Source of the DNA: Octopus vulgaris | Taxonomy: Eukaryota | Direction: 5' to 3' | DNA length: 64,000 bases | Assembly: GCA_951406725.2 (NCBI GenBank) | Contig: OX597817.1 | Span: forward strand, 108,934,001-108,998,000 | In this document: positions 56,310 to 64,000 of the stretch, piece after piece | How the letters are laid out: every line of letters begins with the position of its first letter | Numbering within the stretch: the first letter of the stretch is position 1 | Translations under genes and position numbers: made by a program | Notes under the pieces: model-generated | Told to the model about the DNA's origin: nothing | The model's database searches: none | The model's input: only the letters and a program-made list of their open reading frames with translations

Positions 56310-56695
56310 TTTTTTTTTACTTGTCTCAGTCATTTGACTGCGGCTATGCTGGAGCACCGCCTTTAGTCGAGCAAATCGACCCCAGGACTTATTCTTTGTA
56401 AGCCTAGTACTTACTTCTACCGGTCTCTTTTGCCGAACCGCTAAGTTACGGGGACGCAAGCACACCAGCATCGGTTGTCAAGCGATGTTGGGGGGACAAA
56501 CACAGACACACATACATATATATATATATACATATATACGACGGGCTTCTTTCAGTGTCCATCTACCAAATCCACTCACAAGGCTTTGGTCGGCCCGAAG
56601 CTATATTAGAAGACACTTGTCCAAGGTGCCACGCAGTGGGACTGAACCCGAAACCATGTGGTTGGTAAGCAAGCTACTTACCACACAGCCACTCC
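56310..56695 (-). mobile_element. SINE family A copy
   Basis: Highly similar to 4093-4490. Confidence 0.9.
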
Positions 56696-56777
56696 ATATA
56701 TATACATATATATGTATGTATATACATATATATATGTATAGATATATACATATATATATATATATATATATGTATCG

Positions 56778-56829
<52 letters not shown>

Positions 56830-56995
56830 AGATATTTACATATATATACATAAATATATACATATATCTATATATGTATAGATATATACATATATATGTA
56901 TGTATATACATATATATATATATAGATATATGTGTATATATATATGCATATATATACACATATGTATACACAAATATACATACATAATATGTATA
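56696..56995. repeat. TA-rich microsatellite/low-complexity block
   Basis: Directly visible. Confidence 0.9.
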
Positions 56996-59199
56996 TGAAG
57001 GATAATATCGATAACCTACAGCTTAAAGTTTCGCGTTTGGTCGCTTTAGTAACATGCTATGTATAAATCTCTATAAGTACATTTTTATATGTGAGCATAA
57101 TTGCATGTTTGTGTGTGTATAAAGACTTCGTGTGATGAAATATATTTCTAAATAAATGTTACTGTAACTAAAATGTCCCTATCACTGCATGCATACATAC
57201 ATACATACATACACACACATATATGTATATATATATATACATATGCATATACATATATATATACATACATACATATACATGCAAGCACACACACACTCAT
57301 ATTTATATATACATATACACATACACTCATATATCTATATATATGCACACACAAACACACACACACGTATACACACGCGTGTGTGTGTGTGCGCGAATTT
57401 ATGCATGTATGTATATACGTACGTATGTTACAAAACCAATAGAATGATTAAAAATTAATTGTTTGTAAGTGAACTCTATATATATTATACTCCAAAAGCT
57501 TTTTTGATATCATATTTTAAGAACTCTAGAATTGAACGCACACTATCTTTACCACTTCGTTGTATCGTATTAAATTGATTTATTTTGGTCAGACGCAAAC
57601 CAACATTTCCTTTGTGGTGTATATTCATATACTGAAGTAAATTCAATATATTACTTGAACATAGTTAGTTGATCATAACTATGTATCCCTACACCATTGA
57701 AAGTATTCTGCGGTTTCACACAGCAAAGAGTCTTGAAATTAAATTTAATAAAATTTCGTTCTATGAAACATGGTATTCACTATTTCCAATAAAGATCATT
57801 ATTTTTTGTTTGCATAAATAATTTCCCTCTCTAAAGCAATTTTCTTCTAAAATTCTTAAGAAAATTAAGGTGCCGGGAGGTGTCTGTATGCGTTGCACAA
57901 TATTTAGAAAAGCAAATCGCTGCTCCAATATTTTTTGCTAAAATTATTTTGGGCGCCTCTGCTCGAGACTTACTAAGAAATCATCTCCCGAATAATATTT
58001 CATACTAATATACTAGGTACTTTTCGGACACCTTGGTGACAACAAGCGGCTACGTTTCGCTTCCATTCCCATGTGATGAGCGCATATTTGTAGATGTATA
58101 CTTGGATCAGAGATTTCCCCCTACCAAAAAGCAGATAGATGGCTTAACAACATAATTCAATCATTTGTTTTGACTCAATACTTAAGATGTGCTTCATTCA
58201 TCGACTTGCCAGTAATTGAATTCAGGATTTAAAGGGCTGTAAGTAAATACTATTATACATTTTATTCAACGGTCTAACGCTTTAACCTGTCCCATGTTTG
58301 AAGAGTATCACGTAAATACATCTAGGAGCATGTTTGATTCTTATTAAATTGTTTAATAAATAGAAATCGCACGACGTCGACGATAAATATTCGGTTCTTC
58401 AATCAGTTGAAACCTACTGCTTGAATTAGTATGTAAATGCTATACTACTCCAAAGAAACGTTTGCTCTCAATGTAATCCCAAGCAGAAAATGAGCAAGGC
58501 AATGTGTGACAAAACTGGACCTTTGAATGACAGATAGAATCCATCGCACGGACAGCTGAACATTCTCCGCATTCTACCCAATTGCATTCGCAAGGCTTAA
58601 ATTGACCTTGACATTATGCTAAATGACACTTGCAGAAAATGCCGCGTGCTGCGATTGGATCCGAAACAAAGCGATGGCCAACACATTTACTATTTTACTA
58701 TAGAGAATAGAGAATTGATATGCCAACTTGGAGGTGGTGTCTTATAAAATGCAGCGAATTTCTAGTGTTATGCTATAACAGACTATGTATATTATTAATG
58801 ACAAAAATAATTTATGATACCTGAAAACACTCAAAGATTTCACTTTGCACTCGGTATATCTGTAATACTCAGGGTTTTTTTTTACAAAAAACAAAAGAAA
58901 ATAATTTAGCATATTTAGTTTTAGAAAGACAAGTCATAACTGCAGTTTTATTCCCACTATCAGGAGCATTCAATTAAGAAGTAATATTTGCTAACATGAA
59001 TTATCATGTTGTTGTGGTCATTGTTCTTGTTGTTTCCTCAGATCATTCTTTATCGAGCTCATCTTTGATCAAAAGACTCCATTCAGAACTAACCCAACAT
59101 TATGTGCGTGTGTGTGCGCGCGTATGAGTGGGGGTGCGCGAGTGTATGTAGGCGGTGCTACACTGTTACATGCAGCACTCCTTTAATAACATATCAGAG

Positions 59200-60200
59200 T
59201 GTGATGAAGGAACTTGACAGGTACTTCATGACAGTCGAAGGACCAAAGAGATGCTGCCTTCTTCACTATCTTACATTATATTTCGCAATATCTCCGCAAA
59301 GGTTATACTGGAAGAAAATTGTTTTCCTGTTAACTTTGTTAACAAGATCATCAAATATCCATTGCAAACAAGCAAATGAATTGAGTATTTGGTATTTTAC
59401 AGTTACTGTGAAGATTACTGAAATTAGTTGTTACTACTGCTTTCCATTATCGGAAGGTACATTGAATTCGAATAAACATTTCAAATCACTGATTTATTAA
59501 TTCAACTGGTCAACATCGTGTTCATAGACCTTCATTAGCTGGAAACACGATTTACATCGCACCTGAAGAAAATTCAGATTCATGAAACACCTAGTTTCAT
59601 CTAACTTCCTATTCTCCGCATAATTTATTCTGAAAGAAGAAACGACAAAGAAATATTTTCTGTTGAAAAATACGTACACTGTGCAGTCAATCTTGGGAGA
59701 TTTTCTTTAATTCTGAATAATGTGATTGGCCTTCCTCAAAAGAAATTCCTACGTTTCATTAGCCTGTTTGACGACATGTTTATTAGCTTAGAATGTTTTC
59801 GGTGCTGTGATAGGTAATTTACATAATTTAAAAGACGTGTTGAAGATTCATTAAACTAATTCTAATTGCCGTTCAATTCCTGAGAGATAGATCTATTCAG
59901 CAGGTTTTTCTAAATCATTCAATTTGTGTACGATACTATTTTGTTTCAATCTCTCAGTTGAATTTTTAAGACTGAATTTCAATAATGATTTTCATTATCC
60001 TCTTATCCAAGCATTTTCGATTAACCTACTGCTGTTTTCTTTATGCTCAACATCCCTGGGCTGGATTTTCCATATATAAGCTGGCTGGAAAAGCATCAAA
60101 CCATCCTCAATATCTGTTTAATAAGTTTTTGAATAATTCTCCGTATACGAGTTGAAAGACATCACTTAAGGCTAAATAAACACTACTCATTTATACAGTG
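59200..60200 (-). mobile_element. Possible very old RTE-like LINE remnant
   Basis: Only faint WFD-like and NYRxISL-like traces. Confidence 0.25.
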
Positions 60201-63200
60201 ATCCCATTCTGATAGAATACAAGACATGTGACTGGTAGATAAGAAAATACGATCAATTTAACTAGCTTTCATATTCAGTACCAATGTTAAGAATAAGAAA
60301 AAAATATGCAATCTCAGAACTTTTTGGAAGCATTATGAAAATGCTTTAATTAAATAATGAGCTTGAGATATGATTATATTTTATATGTATACAATTATAT
60401 TTTAAAAGGCAGCGGGGACAACGGAATTTAGGTGTGAGCATGTCGATTCATTTTACCGTTAATTTTTCGAATACATTTTGTTTCCTGCCAAATAAAATAA
60501 ATCTCATAAAGGTAAGGGTTCGAACTCGTAACCTGTCAACATCAGAAATGTTTTGGTTGAAATCTCTCCCAGCTTCTCGAAAAATTATACAGCGAATGTA
60601 GTAAATTCTCTTTCAAGTCGTTTAAGATATTCGTTTCCTTTCAGAAAAACCGCATCCATATTTGCTTATTTTATATACTGCCTTTGATATCTTAAAAGCG
60701 TATCAAACATCCATTCTATTTATAATCCTGCTTCTATGTGCGGCCAAAGTCTCAATAAAATGTGAATAACAAATTCATATGTGGTGAATAATTAACAACA
60801 CCTCCAGACTTTGGAGTAGCGTTTGAATAAATTTTGAATAATGAAGATCCTTTACGTTTCTTATTGAATCAAATATATTATAAAAGAACTGCTCTATATT
60901 GATATTTTCCTCTGGTGATATCCGTTAGAATTTATGAAGCACATCGCATAATTTTAAATAAGACAAGTAGCACGAAAATACATCGAAAGACTTATACAGA
61001 AATATGAATAATATCTTATAAGTAAGTTTTTATTATTAACAAGTTATGGATAGTAAATTATATCATGCAGTCCATAACTTAAAAGAAGAGAATAACTGTG
61101 TTTTGTTGCAATAACCTGACTTTATCATAATCCAAAAATACCCAAATAATAATGGCAATTCTGGACGTTACTCCCTTGATTCCTAGCACTCTTAGGGACA
61201 GTTGCCCGATTTGTATGGTGATATAAGTGACCGATATCAAAACTTCCTCCTTGAACGAGACGCTAGCTCGTCGCAAGATTGTTCATTTAGAGCTGTGTGA
61301 AACTCTGCAATGTGTAATGAAGTCTTTTGCTCAAGAACGTGAAGCGCTGATCGACTTTGGAATTGAAATCACAATCGTATGATAGGGATAGAAATATCCT
61401 AACCACTAGTTCATGATCCTTCACTCAGAATAATAAGACAGGAAATAAAACTCTGATAAAATTGTTATTTAACAATAGAAATGATTGATATAAGATTGGG
61501 AGGAAATTTACATGCTCATTTCAAGCTTGATTTTTGGTCTTATGACGATATACTTTTATTGTTTAACTTATGAATGAATTTATGCTTGCAACATAATACA
61601 GAAGTTTTTTGAATTTATAGAACTGGAAATAATCCGATGAAAATACACTTTGGAGAATGATTTAATGATTTCAGCGGTCCTGAAATTTCCAGTTTGTCGT
61701 GTGAAATAAACATTTTTTTGATAGAATACGTGTTATGGCACTTCATGCTGCTTATAAAGTTTTGCATACTTCAAATTCAGATTAAGAGTTATTTCTTTTA
61801 GCTCATTTTCATTGAAAAATATTACATGGATTTTCCCTAAAAATATCAAACTACAGAAAACGAATTTCAATCCATGTAGCTATATTTTCCTTTCCAAATT
61901 CACAATAGATCTGATTTGTGGGGCACATGTGTAAACACACTCAAACACACGCGTGCGCACGCTCACACACACACACACACGAATACATGTACACACACGC
62001 ACACACTCACACACATATACACACGCCCACACATACGCACACACATATATAAATGCTTATGCATAAACTCCAAGATCGGTTAACACGTTAGGTGTAGAAA
62101 TTGTGTAGAAAGAAAGAATTGATAACAATTCTGGTTTAGAGTTGCTGCATCCTTGTGTTATATCTAAAGTGATATTCTTTACCCTCACCTTCTAAGAGCA
62201 CCTTTGCATATCACATATCTTCAGCATATATTCATATATTCTGTGTTATAGAATCCGATAGCTAATATATTGGAAAGAAGAGAAAACTGTTATTTTCTTC
62301 AGATATTTCTAGTAAATCACCTGAGCCAAGATAATATATCTGTTGTGTGTGTGTGTGTCTTATTCGTGTTCATGCGAAAATGCTATTACTCGACGTCTAT
62401 AGCATTCAAAGGAACGATTCAATTCATAACAAGAAAATTACGTTCCCAACGAGTAATAAAGCGTCAAATATTCCTATTTACTGGTACACGAACAAAACCA
62501 AATATTTCCCCTAGAGATACACATACAGAACGTAAGTTTAAAGGAAATAATGATAAAGTAGCCTATTAAATAGATGTATGATGTCCAAATTCTTACAGAA
62601 ATTTTATATTTTGAAATAAAGAGACTGAATATCAAATTCCTGCTTCAATTCCCCTTTGTATCATTGTCATGATATTAAAAAGAGAAAGTATACGGAAAGG
62701 AAAAGCGAATTCAATGTACTCAAAAATTAGTGCTTTGGGCAACAACACATCACAAATCTATTTGATTCGCTACATCTCCTGAAGAATACATTTTCAATAT
62801 TAGAATTAGCAAATAGAAAAGCTATAATTATTACTTAAGTGTACAGCCAATTTCAAGTAAAAGCTGCTTGTTTGCCTGCGACAATTTTTTGCTTCGGTAA
62901 AAATAACATTAATGCATTTGCTATGTGACTAGCTGACTACTCTACCCAACAAATGTAGGCAAAACAAGACAAGGCACAACACAAATAAGAAATTGTTTCA
63001 ATAGTTAGTTGTCATACGCTGCCTTTAGATTTTTTAAAATTTTGAATAATTTAATTCTTCTTTCTAGTTAAGTTTAAACACTTTACAATCTATTATTCTC
63101 TGAATTTGTTCGTTTTCGTCATGAATGCAAACAAAAAGATTTCGTCGCATAAATTTGCAAAAAAAGCAAGTTACAATCTTGAATATAAATACCTTAATTT

Positions 63201-63215
63201 ATGTTCGTGCTGCAG

Positions 63216-63249
<34 letters not shown>

Positions 63250-64000
63250 TGTCTTTGTGAATGCATTGTGGATGCATTGTGTTAATGCTGCTTGATAGAT
63301 CGGCTCTTAGATTGAGTACTTCATATTGAAGAATGAAACAACCAACATGTGTTACAGTGTCAGTGACTGAGTCTTCCACAAAAGCGTGTACAATTTATAA
63401 AGATCTGGAATAGAATCAGAATTATATTTGTCAATGATGTTCTTTTAAACTAAAGCGATGAGCTTGGATCAACACGAGAAATCCCTCTGTGTCGTGCAGG
63501 AGTATCGAACTGGAGAGCCCATTTTTGCAAAGCAAGCTTCTTTACTATGCAACGTCTTCACTAAAGCTAATTTATTCTATAATTTAATTACTGTATCATA
63601 TTTGTAAATGTAGGAAATAGTTCATATTATTTATGAACACTTTACTGTGTTATTGAATTTTTTAACTAGCTTATCTCGGTGATAGTATACTTCTAAATTA
63701 AATTATGAGTTTACCGGGCATATTGTGGTTTGATACGTATTTATCTTTATCTTATGCAGTTAGAATAATCGATTGGTTTTTCTCTCTCACAACACGAAGT
63801 CAATAAATTCGACGATTTTAATATATGCATTTTTGTAACGGTGAACAATGCGATATATTGAATTTTTACTCAATCGATTGCTCACACATAAACACATACT
63901 TATTCTCAAAATCTATGTTTAAAATGATTGTAAATTAATTTTTCTCAAATCATTCTTCTGAAATATTTTGAAATATTTTGTTTTCATTCTAATTTCTTCG

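Overview
AT-rich eukaryotic DNA dense in microsatellites and interspersed repeats. The SINE families and the Dong/R4, RTE, CR1-type and mariner content point to a cephalopod (Octopus-like) genome, probably intronic or intergenic; that assignment is inferred from repeat content. Nearly all listed ORFs are microsatellite artefacts or decayed transposon fragments, and no intact known gene is recognisable. A few splice-bounded candidate exons occur, including a signal-peptide-like first exon and a hydrophobic-tail last exon on the minus strand. The most striking feature is a set of short non-coding elements in or beside (TA)n tracts that carry minimal type-I hammerhead ribozyme (HHR) motifs: four clear ones at 399-474, 17612-17695, 48747-48796 and 49296-49350, plus degenerate ones. 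They show partial-tandem or inverted terminal structure, like Penelope pseudo-LTRs or retrozymes. Also notable are a TAA-targeted non-coding retroelement in tandem, a diverged 19-bp minisatellite and a pre-miRNA-shaped hairpin. All alignments were made by eye.
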